Assembly (NCBI GenBank): GCA_002189035.1
Contig: NEEC01000018.1
Span: 1,054,001 to 1,118,000, forward strand
Direction: 5' to 3'
Origin: Utricularia gibba
Lineage: Eukaryota > Plantae > Magnoliophyta
Length of the DNA stretch: 64,000 bases
The notes beneath the pieces were generated by a model. The model was given only the letters and a program-made list of their open reading frames with translations. It was not told where the DNA came from and did no database searches. Both the position numbers and the translations under genes were made by a program. This document shows, in pieces, positions 63,943 through 64,000 of this stretch (the first letter of the stretch is position 1; each line of letters begins with the position of its first letter).

Positions 63943-64000
63943 GTAACATGAGAACAAGCTTGGTTTTTGCATTCAAGTGAGTAAGATGTAGTGGGATTTG

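Noticed and set aside
1-64000. tRNA, rRNA and spliceosomal snRNA genes
   Set aside because: GGTTCG hits lack cloverleaf context, and no rRNA or U-snRNA signature was seen by eye. tRNAscan-SE and Infernal runs would be decisive.

Overview
Gene-dense nuclear DNA from a flowering plant. It is a eudicot and probably an asterid, given the StMADS11-clade MADS gene. Most introns are 60-130 nt and intergenic DNA is AT-rich; the species cannot be determined from the sequence alone. Family assignments rest on recalled sequence motifs, not database searches. Genes assembled by hand, in order: partial bZIP17/28-like TF (-), MYBC1-like GARP TF (-), SCAB2/3-like actin-binding protein (-), beta-tubulin (+), a 73-aa two-exon microprotein missed by the ORF track (+), MED26/TFIIS-N protein (-), mitochondrial CPN10 (-), O-fucosyltransferase-like protein (+), UBAC2/rhomboid-like 20 (-), mitoribosomal uL18 (+), EXORDIUM-like (+), classical arabinogalactan protein (+), ATL RING-H2 E3 (+), StMADS11/SVP-like MADS (+), decayed PLS-E PPR pseudogene (+), ORRM6-like (-), ULP2a/SPF2-like SUMO protease with lesions (+) and partial PYD3 (+). 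The 33-38.5 kb interval is a transposon graveyard. It holds an Athila-like solo LTR with an exact 5-bp TSD and a MULE-type element with a 10-bp TSD nested in a Copia-like LTR end. Best leads: (1) the SUMO protease has its catalytic Asp replaced by Asn, a 1-nt frameshift and an out-of-frame repeat tail; (2) the dead MEF9-like editing factor predicts loss of a mitochondrial editing site; (3) two spliced-looking loci could not be assigned, one overlapping uL18 in antisense. No tRNA, rRNA or CRISPR was found, and I cannot support a claim of a wholly new multi-gene system.
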